Origin: Chitinophagales bacterium
GTDB lineage: Bacteria; Bacteroidota; Bacteroidia; Chitinophagales; Chitinophagaceae
Direction of reading: 5' to 3'
DNA: 64,000 bases
Assembly (NCBI GenBank): GCA_026931325.1
Contig: JAIXLO010000129.1
Coordinates: 19,685-83,684 of the forward strand
The notes under the pieces were generated by a model, which saw nothing but the letters and a program-made list of their open reading frames with translations, did no database searches and was not told the DNA's origin. A program made the position numbers and the translations under genes. Below are positions 9,153 to 18,596 of the stretch, one piece after another; position 1 is the stretch's first letter, and every line of letters starts with the position of its first letter.

Positions 9153-11081
9153 TTACCAATTAAATGTTACACCAACATTTGCTAAAGTTGGAATGCTATT
9201 GTAACCATAAATATCAAAGAATTTAGTGTTACCAATATTTTGAATATCTGCAAAGAATTTAATAGAGTTGTTAAGTTTATACTCTGCATAAGCATTCAAT
9301 AAAATATAACTCTTTAGCTTAACATCAGCTTTAGCCCAGCCACCTACATCATATTTATTATCTACATATTTACTGTTTAAAGAAATATTTAAACCTTCAG
9401 TAACTTCCCAATTAATGTTTAAATTAAAAATATTATTTGGCCTGCGAAGTAGATAATTGTATTGAACTGTATCTACATTTGTTAAACGATTTTGAGTAGT
9501 TTCTTTTGCAGACATTAATGTATAATTAGCGGTGATAGTTAATGGTTTTATTGGTTGAATTGTAGCTTCAAACTCTAACCCATTTACAACTTGTTTTATG
9601 TAATTAAAATATTTAAAACTGATATAATTATAATCAATTCCATTATCAATTTTTCTACTGAAATACACAAAACGAGTTTTGAATTTTTTATCAGCAAACT
9701 GAACCCCAGCTTCATAGTTGATAGATTTTTCTGCATTCAAATCTTTGTTGCCACTGAAAGCATCATATAACTGATAAATACTTGGCGATTTAAAACCAGA
9801 TGAAGCACTTGCAAATATTTTCCAATGATTATTAATGTTGTAAGAAGGATTAAAAGTAAATGTACTGTTATTGCCATAACGAGAATGTTTATTAATTCTT
9901 CCTCCAAGCTCAACATTTAATTTTTCATTTATGCTATTGAATAAAATAGAAGCATAAACAGAGTATTGATTCATTGAAGTATCTTTATATGGACTTGCTC
10001 CCCAAGCAGAAGAATAAAAACTTCCATCCATTGATGCAAAACGATAATCATTGCCTAATAAAACAGTAAATTGTTTATCTATTTTATATGATGCAAAAAG
10101 TTCATAAAAATTACCTATGCCATTGTATTTATTAGTTGAAAAATTTGTATGACCTGTGCTAAAACCATCATCATAAAATCTGTGTGTTTGACTGTATTGA
10201 TAATTACCAACAACTTTTAATTTTTGAATATTATAATTAAATCCAACACCAGTATTTAAAACATTATTATCAATAAAATAATCTCTTTTATCAGTAAAAA
10301 CTCCTGCATCTATATCAGCTTTATAATTGCTGTATTGTACAAATGTTCTTACAGAAAATTGATTTGTTGCTTGATATTGAAATGAAGCATTTGCTATGTT
10401 TCCTTTATAACCATCATTATCAAAATTTTTATTTCCAGCACTATCATAAGCACTTGAAAAGCCATCTGTTTTTAGTTGTGCAAAACGAGTAGTATAGGTG
10501 AGTTTATTAACTTTTCCAAATATTTGAATATTACTACGAGTTGTATTTTTATTACCAAAAGAAGTTGTAGCTTTTATGTTTATGGCTTTATCAATATCTT
10601 TTTTAATGGTAATAATATTTATTACTCCAGCAACAGCATCACTACCATATAAAGTACTTTGTGCACCTTTGCAAATTTCTATTTGTTCAAGATCGTTGAT
10701 AGAAAAAAAGTTTAAATCATAATCAGTAGTAATGCTGCTTGGATCGTTCATAGGAATTCCATCCATAAGAATTAAAGTTCTTCCAGCATTTGCACCACGC
10801 ATATATACAGTTTGCACATTACCTGCATTGTTTAATGCACCACTAATTACAATGCCAACTTGTTCATTTAAAAGTTGGCTTACAGTTTTAGCACTACTTT
10901 TTTCAATTTGTTCTTTAGTAATTACTGTAATTACTTTTCCTGTAGTGCTTTGTTTTTGCTCTACCTTATTTGCAGTAGTAACAATAACATCATCTAATTT
11001 TTTACCTGTTAAGGTATCTTTTTGTGCAGTAGCATAAATTGCTGCACTAAGTGCAATGAGAGTTAAAATTTTTTTGCTCAT
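9153..11081 (-). CDS. btuB: TonB-dependent outer-membrane receptor, cobalamin-type
   Basis: Signal peptide, plug motifs (DDVIVTTA, TLILMDGIP) and a C-terminal beta-barrel ending in ...VGVTFNW. A cobalamin riboswitch lies immediately 5'. Confidence 0.85.
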   Translation of the reverse strand: MSKKILTLIALSAAIYATAQKDTLTGKKLDDVIVTTANKVEQKQSTTGKVITVITKEQIEKSSAKTVSQLLNEQVGIVISGALNNAGNVQTVYMRGANAGRTLILMDGIPMNDPSSITTDYDLNFFSINDLEQIEICKGAQSTLYGSDAVAGVINIITIKKDIDKAINIKATTSFGNKNTTRSNIQIFGKVNKLTYTTRFAQLKTDGFSSAYDSAGNKNFDNDGYKGNIANASFQYQATNQFSVRTFVQYSNYKADIDAGVFTDKRDYFIDNNVLNTGVGFNYNIQKLKVVGNYQYSQTHRFYDDGFSTGHTNFSTNKYNGIGNFYELFASYKIDKQFTVLLGNDYRFASMDGSFYSSAWGASPYKDTSMNQYSVYASILFNSINEKLNVELGGRINKHSRYGNNSTFTFNPSYNINNHWKIFASASSGFKSPSIYQLYDAFSGNKDLNAEKSINYEAGVQFADKKFKTRFVYFSRKIDNGIDYNYISFKYFNYIKQVVNGLEFEATIQPIKPLTITANYTLMSAKETTQNRLTNVDTVQYNYLLRRPNNIFNLNINWEVTEGLNISLNSKYVDNKYDVGGWAKADVKLKSYILLNAYAEYKLNNSIKFFADIQNIGNTKFFDIYGYNSIPTLANVGVTFNW

Positions 11082-11194
11082 TGTTAATTAAGTTTTTAAA
11101 AGTGAAACAATGAGCTTTCAGGAAATGATATGTGGAACAATAAATAGCTTCAGCAGCTTTTTAGATTCCATGCCTTTCGCCCGAAAGCCTTGAA

Positions 11195-11375
11195 TTAATT
11201 GAGCTTGGCAGGTCTTCTGACTTAGTGGCTTTCTTAAATTGCCTTCCCATTTTGCATTAGGCTAAACAGTGGCTTTCAGCTTTAAGAAATTTTCCTAATT
11301 TATAGGATGCTACTTTACAGCTACGGGGATAGTTTGTGATTTTCACACAATTCCCTTTTAATCATCTGCTTGATG
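11195..11375 (-). ncRNA. cobalamin (B12) riboswitch
   Basis: Reverse strand reads AAAAGGGAAUUGUGUGAAAAUCACAAACUAUCCCCGUAGCUGUAAA ... GCCACUG ... GGGAAGGC ... AGUCAGAAGACCUGCC. The last element is the B12 box (plus-strand 11207..11229). Confidence 0.9.
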
Positions 11376-11468
11376 CAGATAAACCAAATTCGCTGCAAAT
11401 GTGCAATGTTTGAATTTGATAAACAAAACAATTTTTTATTAAGTTGGGAAATGTTTTGTGTAACTACA

Positions 11469-11544
11469 AAAAAAATGAAAACTGTATAAAGGGAAAAATA
11501 GTTTCTAAAAAACGAAATGCAAATTTTAATAATTCTTCAACCCT
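11469..11544. repeat. 76-bp direct repeat, copy 1 (target duplication of the IS1634-family element)
   Basis: Identical to 13149..13224. It contains a duplicated copy of the last 19 nt of hldD. Confidence 0.9.
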
Positions 11545-13148
11545 CCCGACTTGTCCTCCTCTAAATATCAATAATCATAAGTCATTAAGAGTCAATTATT
11601 TTTATCGGTAAAAAATGTATTTTGCTGACCTAATTAGTAAAAATGTACAAAATAAGGTTGGTTAAGTATAGTGTGAATTCTGTTTCTATTCAGGTCTATA
11701 TTATAGAAAATAGGAAAAGGAAAATTATTAAGCATATTGGAACAGCAAAAAATGAAGATGAAAAAGAAAAGTTGATACAATTAGCTCAAGATTATATCAA
11801 TAAGGTATCAAAACAGCTTCACATATTTGAAAAAACCGAAAACAAGATAATAGACCTTACCCAAATGCAATATATAGGAGTTTATTACACTTTTTTCTAT
11901 GAAGTGATGCATAAACTTTTTATAAGTATTGGTTTCGATAAGCACAAGAATAATCTTCTGTTAGATTTAGTTATTATCCGATTATTTGAACCGGCTTCAA
12001 AATTTCAATCCATAAAGCTAATAGAACAATATTTTGGTATCAAGTATAGACGACAAGGTTATTATGAATCTGCCCCCAAGTGGCTTGATTTAAAAGAACA
12101 AACAGAAAGGATAACCATAAAGTTTGCAAAGGAAAATTACGAGTTCAAGTATGACTTATTGTTTTATGATGTTACCACACTTTATTTTGAAACATTTGAA
12201 GAAGATGAGTTAAGAAAGAATGGTTTTTCTAAGGACAGCAAATCTCAGCAACCACAAATTTTAGTAGCTCTTATGGTTACAAAAGAAGGTTTTCCGATAG
12301 CTTATGAAATTTTCTCTGGCAATACTTTTGAGGGGCATACATTTATACCGTCCATTCAAAAATTTATAGCTAAGAATAAAGTCAAGGATTTTACAATTGT
12401 AGCTGATGCTGCAATGATTAGTGATGACAATATTCAAGAACTTATAGCAAACAATCTTCACTATATCGTAGGTGCACGATTAGGAAATGTTCCACGGCAG
12501 CTTTTTGATAAGATAGATACGATGATGATTAGAGAGGATGGGCAAACCATTAGAATACCCACTAAAAAAGGTTTTTTAGTTTGCAGTTACTCTTCTGTCA
12601 GATATCGGAAGGATAAATATGAAATGGAAAAGCAGCTTAGAAAAGCCGAGCTCTTAGTTGCTAATCCTTCTAAAAATAAGAAAGCAAAGTTTATAAAAGC
12701 TATTGGAAGAGATAAGGTAGAAATAAATAAAGGTCTTATTGATAAGACAAAAAAATTACTCGGCATAAAAGGTTACTATACTAACATGGATGAATCTCAG
12801 TCCAGTAATACTTTAATAATAGAGCGATATCATGAACTTTATAAGATTGAACAGAATTTTAGAATAGCAAAAAATGATTTAGAGACACGTCCTATTTTTC
12901 ATTTTAAAGAAGAACCTATCAAATTACATGTATTAATTTGCTTTATGGCATTAGCAGTATCAAGAAAGATCGAGCTAAGCACTGGAGCTTCAATAAGGAG
13001 TTTTATTCAAGAGTGTAAAAAAATAACGGATGCTAGATTATTGAATCTTATTACTAAAGAAGAAATAAAAATGAGATCAGCTTTAAGCCCAAAAATGTCA
13101 GAGTTTTTAGCTAAGTTGAATCTGCTGACCTAAATTGGACAAGTCAGG
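11545..13148 (+). mobile_element. IS1634-family insertion sequence (about 1.6 kb)
   Basis: Terminal inverted repeats are CCCGACTTGTCC (left) and CCTGACTTGTCC (right, reverse complement), matching at 11 of 12 positions. One transposase ORF. Flanked by the 76-bp direct repeat. Confidence 0.85.
11643..13133 (+). CDS. IS1634-family (IS4-like DDE) transposase
   Basis: 496 aa. N-terminus MYKIRLVKYSVNSVSIQVYIIENRKRKIIKHIGTA is typical of IS1634 transposases. DDE-type core (YDVTTLYFE ... IVADAAMIS ... YKIEQNFR). Confidence 0.8.
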   Translation: MYKIRLVKYSVNSVSIQVYIIENRKRKIIKHIGTAKNEDEKEKLIQLAQDYINKVSKQLHIFEKTENKIIDLTQMQYIGVYYTFFYEVMHKLFISIGFDKHKNNLLLDLVIIRLFEPASKFQSIKLIEQYFGIKYRRQGYYESAPKWLDLKEQTERITIKFAKENYEFKYDLLFYDVTTLYFETFEEDELRKNGFSKDSKSQQPQILVALMVTKEGFPIAYEIFSGNTFEGHTFIPSIQKFIAKNKVKDFTIVADAAMISDDNIQELIANNLHYIVGARLGNVPRQLFDKIDTMMIREDGQTIRIPTKKGFLVCSYSSVRYRKDKYEMEKQLRKAELLVANPSKNKKAKFIKAIGRDKVEINKGLIDKTKKLLGIKGYYTNMDESQSSNTLIIERYHELYKIEQNFRIAKNDLETRPIFHFKEEPIKLHVLICFMALAVSRKIELSTGASIRSFIQECKKITDARLLNLITKEEIKMRSALSPKMSEFLAKLNLLT

Positions 13149-13224
13149 AAAAAAATGAAAACTGTATAAAGGGAAAAATAGTTTCTAAAAAACGAAATGC
13201 AAATTTTAATAATTCTTCAACCCT
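13149..13224. repeat. 76-bp direct repeat, copy 2
   Basis: Identical to 11469..11544. It overlaps the true 3' end of hldD. Confidence 0.9.
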
Positions 13225-14207
13225 ATTAAATAATTTTTCACATAATCTTCTACCCCTTTTTCTAAAGAATAAAACTCATTGTGATACCCTGCATCATATA
13301 GTTTTTGCATATTGGCTTCTGTAAAATATTGGTATTTATCTCTTATATCTTCAGGCATATCAATATACTGAATATTGGGTGATAAATTTAATCCTGCAAA
13401 AGTTGCTTTAACTAAATCATCAAATGTTCTTGCATTACCAGTGCCTAAATTATATAGTCCATTTTTATTAATGTTCCATTCATTTTTAAGCATTGATTGA
13501 AACATCCAATAAATTACCTTCACAACATCTTTTACATAAATAAAATCTCTTAGTTGTTTGCCATCTTCAAAATCTGGTCTATGACTTTTAAATAATTTTA
13601 CTACACCCTCATTTTTTATTTGATTAAATGAATGCCATATAACACTTGCCATTCTTGCTTTATGATATTCATTAGGTCCATAAACATTAAAGAATTTTAA
13701 ACCAGCCCAATATGGTGGTTGATTAGGATGCTTTATAGCCCATTTATCAAATTCATTTTTGCTTACACCATAAGGATTTAATGGTTGTAACTTTTCAATG
13801 ATTTCATGGTTATCATCATATCCAAAATCTCCTGCACCATAGGTTGCAGCAGAAGAAGCATAAATAAATGGAATATTATTCGATACACAATATTTCCATA
13901 AAAGAATTGAGTAATTATAGTTTAATTCTCTATGTACTTCATAATTAAATTCTGTAGTATCTGTTCTTGCACCTAAGTGAATAACACAACTTACAGAAGG
14001 TTTTTCTTTATCAAGCCAATTAAATAAATTATATCTTTCTATTGCTTTGATAAACTTTTTATTTTCCCAATTTTTTCTTTTCTTTTCAACTTCAAAATCA
14101 TCAACTATATAAATATTTTCAAAGCCTTGTTCATTTAAAAATTGTACCATACAACTTCCTATAAAACCAGCTACACCAGTAACTATAATATTTTGTTGGC
14201 TATTCAT
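13206..14207 (-). CDS. hldD: ADP-L-glycero-D-manno-heptose 6-epimerase-like NAD-dependent epimerase
   Basis: Rossmann motif VTGVAGFIGS and YGVSK (YxxxK). FFNVYGPNEYHKARMASVIWH resembles the HldD signature FNVYGPREGHKGSMASV. Confidence 0.7.
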   Translation of the reverse strand: MNSQQNIIVTGVAGFIGSCMVQFLNEQGFENIYIVDDFEVEKKRKNWENKKFIKAIERYNLFNWLDKEKPSVSCVIHLGARTDTTEFNYEVHRELNYNYSILLWKYCVSNNIPFIYASSAATYGAGDFGYDDNHEIIEKLQPLNPYGVSKNEFDKWAIKHPNQPPYWAGLKFFNVYGPNEYHKARMASVIWHSFNQIKNEGVVKLFKSHRPDFEDGKQLRDFIYVKDVVKVIYWMFQSMLKNEWNINKNGLYNLGTGNARTFDDLVKATFAGLNLSPNIQYIDMPEDIRDKYQYFTEANMQKLYDAGYHNEFYSLEKGVEDYVKNYLIGLKNY

Positions 14208-14216
14208 TGTTTAAAA

Positions 14217-16427
14217 TTATTTGCTGTTTATTATTTTTTCAATTGCTGTATCATATTTTTCTTTCCAAGAAATAATATTACCCCAATCTTCATCATTTAC
14301 TTTTATTGCACCACTTGTTACAGTGCCTAAAACAGTGTACTGAATATTTGCTTCTTCAATAACCGATTTTAATTTTTCTACATTATTTTTTGAGCAAGTA
14401 ACTACAATTCTACTCTGACATTCTCCAAACCAAAAACTATCTTTTCTTATAGGAAAATTTGCTTTAACATCAAATCCTAAATTATTATTAAATCCTTTTT
14501 CCAATAACGTTATCATTAAACCACCTTCGCTAATATCGTGTGCAGAAAGAATTATTTTTTCTTTGATGATTGATGACACTAATTGTTGTACTTTAAACTC
14601 TTCCTCTAAATTAAATGCTGGTGCAGGAGAAAATTCTACTCCTTTTATTTTATGTAAATATTCACTTGATGCAATATCATTTTTTTGTTCTCCTATCAAC
14701 ACAATAATATCATCTGCATTTTTATAATTCAATGTCATTCTATTATCAAAGTCATCTAAAATACCAACCATACCAATAGTAGGCGTTGGATATACAGCAC
14801 CATCTGGATTTTGGTTATAAAAACTCACATTACCACCAGTAACAGGAGTATTAAATTTTTTACAAGCATCTCCCATGCCTGTAACAGCTTTTACAAATTG
14901 ATAATATACTTCGGGGTCATAAGGGTTTCCAAAGTTTAAACAATTTGTTACACCAATAGGTTCTCCTCCACTACACACTATATTTCTGGCAGCTTCTGCA
15001 ACTGCAATCATAGCACCAACTTGTGGATTTGCAAATACATAACGACTATTACAATCTACTGTTACAGCTAAAGCCTTATCAGTTCCTTTTGCTAAAATAA
15101 TTGCTGCATCACTTGGAGCATTAGTACTTGCATTTGCTGCACCTACCATACTATCATATTGTGTGTAAACCCAGCGTTTACTTGCAATATTTGGAAGCTG
15201 AATTAATTGTTCTGCTATACTTTTTACATCAGTAATATCTTCAATGCTATTGATATCAAAAGCATTTATTTTTTCAAAATATTTTGGTTCTTTATATTCT
15301 CTTGTGTATTGAGGTGCACCACCACCTAACACTAATTCATAAGCAGGAATTTGTGCTTCTAAATTTCCATTCATATAAAAACTTAACAAGCCATCCTCTG
15401 TAACTTCTCCTATATTACTTGCACTCAAATCCCATTTGTCAAATATGTCTAATACTTTTTGTTCTTTTCCTTTTTCTACTACAATCAACATTCGTTCTTG
15501 GCTTTCACTTAAAAGCAATTCCCAAGCTTTCATATCTTTTTGTCTTGTAGGTACTTTTTCTAAATCTATTTTCATACCTACATTTCCTTTAGCACTCATT
15601 TCTGCAGTGCTACAAATAATGCCTGCTGCACCCATATCTTGCATACCAACAATAGCATCAGTGTCTAATAATTCCAAACAAGCTTCTAATAATTTTTTTT
15701 CTTGAAAAGGATCGCCAACTTGTACTGCTGGCAATTCTTGTGCACTTTCATTAGTAATATCTGCACTGGCAAAACTTGCACCACCAATACCATCTTTACC
15801 TGTAGCACTACCAACAAAAAATACTGGATTTCCTTTTCCTTTAGCTGTAGCACTAATCATTTTATCACTCTTCATAATGCCTACACTCATTGCATTTACT
15901 AAAGGATTGGTGTGATAACAATCTTCAAAATAAACCTCTCCTGCAACAGTTGGTACACCAAAACAATTCCCATAATGACCAATACCATGCACAACGCCAC
16001 TTAGTAAATGTTGTGTTTTTTTATCTTGAAGATTTCCAAAACGTAAACTATTTAAAGAAGCTATTGGTCTTGCACCCATTGTAAAAATATCTCTTTGAAT
16101 ACCACCAACACCAGTAGCTGCACCTTGAAAAGGTTCTAATGCACTTGGATGATTATGACTTTCTATTTTAAACACAACACCATAGCCATTACCCATATCC
16201 ATTAACCCTGCATTTTCTTCTCCTGCTGCAACCAACATTCTGCCTCCACTTCTTGGTAAAGTTTTTAACCATTTAATTGAGTTTTTATAACTACAATGTT
16301 CACTCCACATAGCACTAAATGCACACAACTCTGTAAAGTTGGGTGTACGACCTAATTTTTGTTTAATCAGTTCAAACTCTTCTTCTGTTAATCTGAGTTG
16401 TTGTGCAGTTTTAGAGGTTATTTCCAT
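14217..16427 (-). CDS. purL: phosphoribosylformylglycinamidine synthase subunit PurL
   Basis: 736 aa. SEHCSYKNS and ESHNHPSALEPFQGAATGVGG motifs. Confidence 0.95.
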   Translation of the reverse strand: MEITSKTAQQLRLTEEEFELIKQKLGRTPNFTELCAFSAMWSEHCSYKNSIKWLKTLPRSGGRMLVAAGEENAGLMDMGNGYGVVFKIESHNHPSALEPFQGAATGVGGIQRDIFTMGARPIASLNSLRFGNLQDKKTQHLLSGVVHGIGHYGNCFGVPTVAGEVYFEDCYHTNPLVNAMSVGIMKSDKMISATAKGKGNPVFFVGSATGKDGIGGASFASADITNESAQELPAVQVGDPFQEKKLLEACLELLDTDAIVGMQDMGAAGIICSTAEMSAKGNVGMKIDLEKVPTRQKDMKAWELLLSESQERMLIVVEKGKEQKVLDIFDKWDLSASNIGEVTEDGLLSFYMNGNLEAQIPAYELVLGGGAPQYTREYKEPKYFEKINAFDINSIEDITDVKSIAEQLIQLPNIASKRWVYTQYDSMVGAANASTNAPSDAAIILAKGTDKALAVTVDCNSRYVFANPQVGAMIAVAEAARNIVCSGGEPIGVTNCLNFGNPYDPEVYYQFVKAVTGMGDACKKFNTPVTGGNVSFYNQNPDGAVYPTPTIGMVGILDDFDNRMTLNYKNADDIIVLIGEQKNDIASSEYLHKIKGVEFSPAPAFNLEEEFKVQQLVSSIIKEKIILSAHDISEGGLMITLLEKGFNNNLGFDVKANFPIRKDSFWFGECQSRIVVTCSKNNVEKLKSVIEEANIQYTVLGTVTSGAIKVNDEDWGNIISWKEKYDTAIEKIINSK

Positions 16428-16468
16428 TTAGTAGAATTATTTTGATACGAGCTGTACAAACATTGCTC

Positions 16469-16496
16469 AACACCTGTTGCGTCGCACACTTGTACT
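16469..16496 (-). promoter_or_regulatory. GC-rich 28-nt motif in the purL leader (second copy at 51334..51361)
   Basis: Reverse strand reads AGTACAAGTGTGCGACGCAACAGGTGTT, matching 27 of 28 nt of the rpoA-leader copy. It lies 42-69 nt upstream of the purL ATG and downstream of a TAcaTTTG box (reverse complement of 16523..16530). Confidence 0.4.
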
Positions 16497-16650
16497 AATG
16501 AATAAAAAGTAACTTTTCTTGGTGCAAATGTAAGTTATGAAACTTAGAGAACAATAGTAAAGTAGAGTCTTACCTGATTTGTATTTGCAATTTAGAAAAT
16601 TTTGTTAGTTTTGAAAAGCAAACATTAAAACAAAAGCAGTTAGAATTAAT

Positions 16651-16884
16651 ATGAGTTTACAAATAATACAAGACGGCAAAGGTAAAACCGCAGGTGTTTT
16701 TATTCCTATTAAGCAATGGAAGCAATTGAAAAAACAGCATACTGAATTAGAACAATTAGAGTATGTAGAACCTACTAAAGCACAACTTTTGCAAGAATTG
16801 AAAGAAGCTGTGATTGAGCTTGGCTTAATTAAAAAAGGCAAATTAAAGGCATGCCCTGTACAAGAGTTTTTAAATGAGTTATAA
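16651..16884 (+). CDS. putative antitoxin (77 aa) of a RelE/HigB-2-like module
   Basis: Small charged protein whose stop overlaps the start of the downstream toxin remnant by 11 nt. Confidence 0.55.
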   Translation: MSLQIIQDGKGKTAGVFIPIKQWKQLKKQHTELEQLEYVEPTKAQLLQELKEAVIELGLIKKGKLKACPVQEFLNEL

Positions 16885-17201
16885 AGTTTCTACAATACCA
16901 TTATTTGAAAAGCAAGCAAAACGATTGGCTAAAAAATATCCAACCATTAAACATGATATTGCAACTTTAGTAAGCAGCCTTGTAAATCAACCTATACAAG
17001 GCATTCCTTTAGGCAATGACTTTTTTTAAAATAAGACTTTCTATAACTGCAAAAGGTAAAGGTAAAAGATGAGGAGCAAGGGTTATTACTTATGTTAAAA
17101 TTATTCAAACTACTGTTTACTTGACAAGTATATATGATAAAGGCGAAAGAGATACAATAAGTGAAAAAGAATTAGAAGCAATATTTAAAGTGATACCTTA
17201 A
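16874..17201 (+). pseudogene. RelE/ParE-superfamily (HigB-2-like) toxin gene with a frameshift and an in-frame TGA
   Basis: Frame 1 gives MSYKVSTIPLFEKQAKRLAKKYPTIKHDIATLVSSLVNQPIQGIPLGNDFF*. After the T7 run (17021..17027), the +1-shifted frame continues KIRLSITAKGKGKR*GARVITYVKIIQTTVYLTSIYDKGERDTISEKELEAIFKVIP. TGA is at 17070..17072. Confidence 0.65.
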
Positions 17202-17312
17202 TTTTTCATAACTTACAATGTCTTATTGAAAATTCAAAGAGAACATGAATATTGTTTAGAAAATTTTATATACAATCTTTTACCTGAAAAAGAAATAAAT
17301 TTTAGTTGAAAT

Positions 17313-18596
17313 TTAAACTACAAACCCATCTGGCAAAATAGCCCCTTTCTTAATTACTACAATTCCTTCTTTAATGGTATATAATTCATGCTCATAGTTT
17401 TCTAAATGTCTTCCTCCATTTATACGAACATCATTGCCTATTCTACAGTTTTTATCTATAATAGCATCTTTTATATAACACCTTTCACCAATACCAATTT
17501 TTGGCTTTCCTTTTAGTAAATTGTTTGCCATTTCTTCAATAGTTTCATAAAAATCATTACCCATTAAGTATGCATTAAGAATGGTTGTTCCATGACCTAT
17601 TCTTGACCTAATACCTACAATACAATTTTCTATACGACTTGCATGAATAATACAACCTTCTGCAATAACTGTTTTTTCTAAAGTTGTACCACTAATTTTT
17701 GCTGGAGGCAACATTCTTGGACGAGTGTAAACAGTTCTTGTATTATCAAATAAATTGAATTGTGGAATTTCAGAAGTTAATAATAAATTGGCTTCAAAGA
17801 AAGATGCAATATTTCCAATATCTGTCCAATAACCATCATATTGATAGCTGATAACTTTATAATTTGCAATTGAATTGGGTATTATTTCTTTACCAAAATC
17901 AGTTGCATGAGGATGTACATTTTGTAGAAAATCAAATAATACTTGTCTGTTAAAAACATAGATGCCCATTGATGCTAAATAATTTCTATGTTCTTTTTTC
18001 ATTTGTTCTCCTGTATCACTAATCCAATCTGATAAAACTTCTCTTTTAGGTTTTTCTATAAATGAGGTAATTATATTTTCTTCATTGGTTTTCATAATAC
18101 CAAAATCAGTTGCATCTCTTTCATTTACAGGAATAGTGGCAATGCTTAAATCTGCATTACTATTTTTATGAGCCTTAATCATTTCGCCAAAATCCATTTG
18201 ATATAATTGGTCACCACTAAGTATCAGTACATAATCAAAATCTAAATTTTCAATATGCTTTAAACCTTTTCTTACAGCATCTGCAGTTCCTTGAAACCAA
18301 CTTTGATTATCAGGAGTTTGCTCTGCTGCTAAAATATCTACAAAGCCTGTACTAAATGCACTAAAGTGATAAGTATTTTTAATATGCTTATTTAATGATG
18401 CACTATTAAACTGTGTAAGTACAAACATTCTATTGATATTACTATTGATGCAATTACTTATAGGAATATCTACCAATCTATATTTCCCTGCAATAGGAAC
18501 AGCAGGTTTACTGCGTGCCATTGTTAATGGATATAAACGTGTGCCAGCACCACCTCCAAGAATTACTGCTACTGTATTTTTACTAATTGATGACAT
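17313..18596 (-). CDS. glgC: glucose-1-phosphate adenylyltransferase
   Basis: 427 aa. AVILGGGAGTRLYPLTMARSKPAVPIAGKYRLVDIP signature. Confidence 0.9.
   Translation of the reverse strand: MSSISKNTVAVILGGGAGTRLYPLTMARSKPAVPIAGKYRLVDIPISNCINSNINRMFVLTQFNSASLNKHIKNTYHFSAFSTGFVDILAAEQTPDNQSWFQGTADAVRKGLKHIENLDFDYVLILSGDQLYQMDFGEMIKAHKNSNADLSIATIPVNERDATDFGIMKTNEENIITSFIEKPKREVLSDWISDTGEQMKKEHRNYLASMGIYVFNRQVLFDFLQNVHPHATDFGKEIIPNSIANYKVISYQYDGYWTDIGNIASFFEANLLLTSEIPQFNLFDNTRTVYTRPRMLPPAKISGTTLEKTVIAEGCIIHASRIENCIVGIRSRIGHGTTILNAYLMGNDFYETIEEMANNLLKGKPKIGIGERCYIKDAIIDKNCRIGNDVRINGGRHLENYEHELYTIKEGIVVIKKGAILPDGFVV

Noticed and set aside
10732-11037. 101-aa + strand ORF inside the TonB-dependent receptor gene.
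   Set aside because: It is antisense to a clearly homologous receptor gene and is a shadow ORF.
15436-16084. Three + strand ORFs (89, 66 and 64 aa) inside purL. Similar shadows occur in glgC (18433..18702), purM (19644..19916), hutU (41073..42541), tyrS (46278..47589), fabG (62392..62701), lptB, GH3 and dnaJ.
   Set aside because: All are antisense or out of frame within strongly supported housekeeping genes.
16605-16841. 78-aa minus-strand ORF overlapping the putative antitoxin gene.
   Set aside because: The + strand frame is coupled to the downstream toxin remnant and has a plausible charged, helical antitoxin-like sequence. The minus frame is Cys/Ser/Phe-rich shadow sequence.
7962-17072. 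Both decayed toxin genes are interrupted by TGA, which raised the idea of TGA recoding (genetic code 4/25 or selenocysteine).
   Set aside because: TGA terminates ordinary genes here at the expected ends, for example the zeta-like gene at 2795..2797 and the ccmB-like gene at 38831..38833. The RelE-like gene additionally has a frameshift. Simple nonsense mutations explain both cases.
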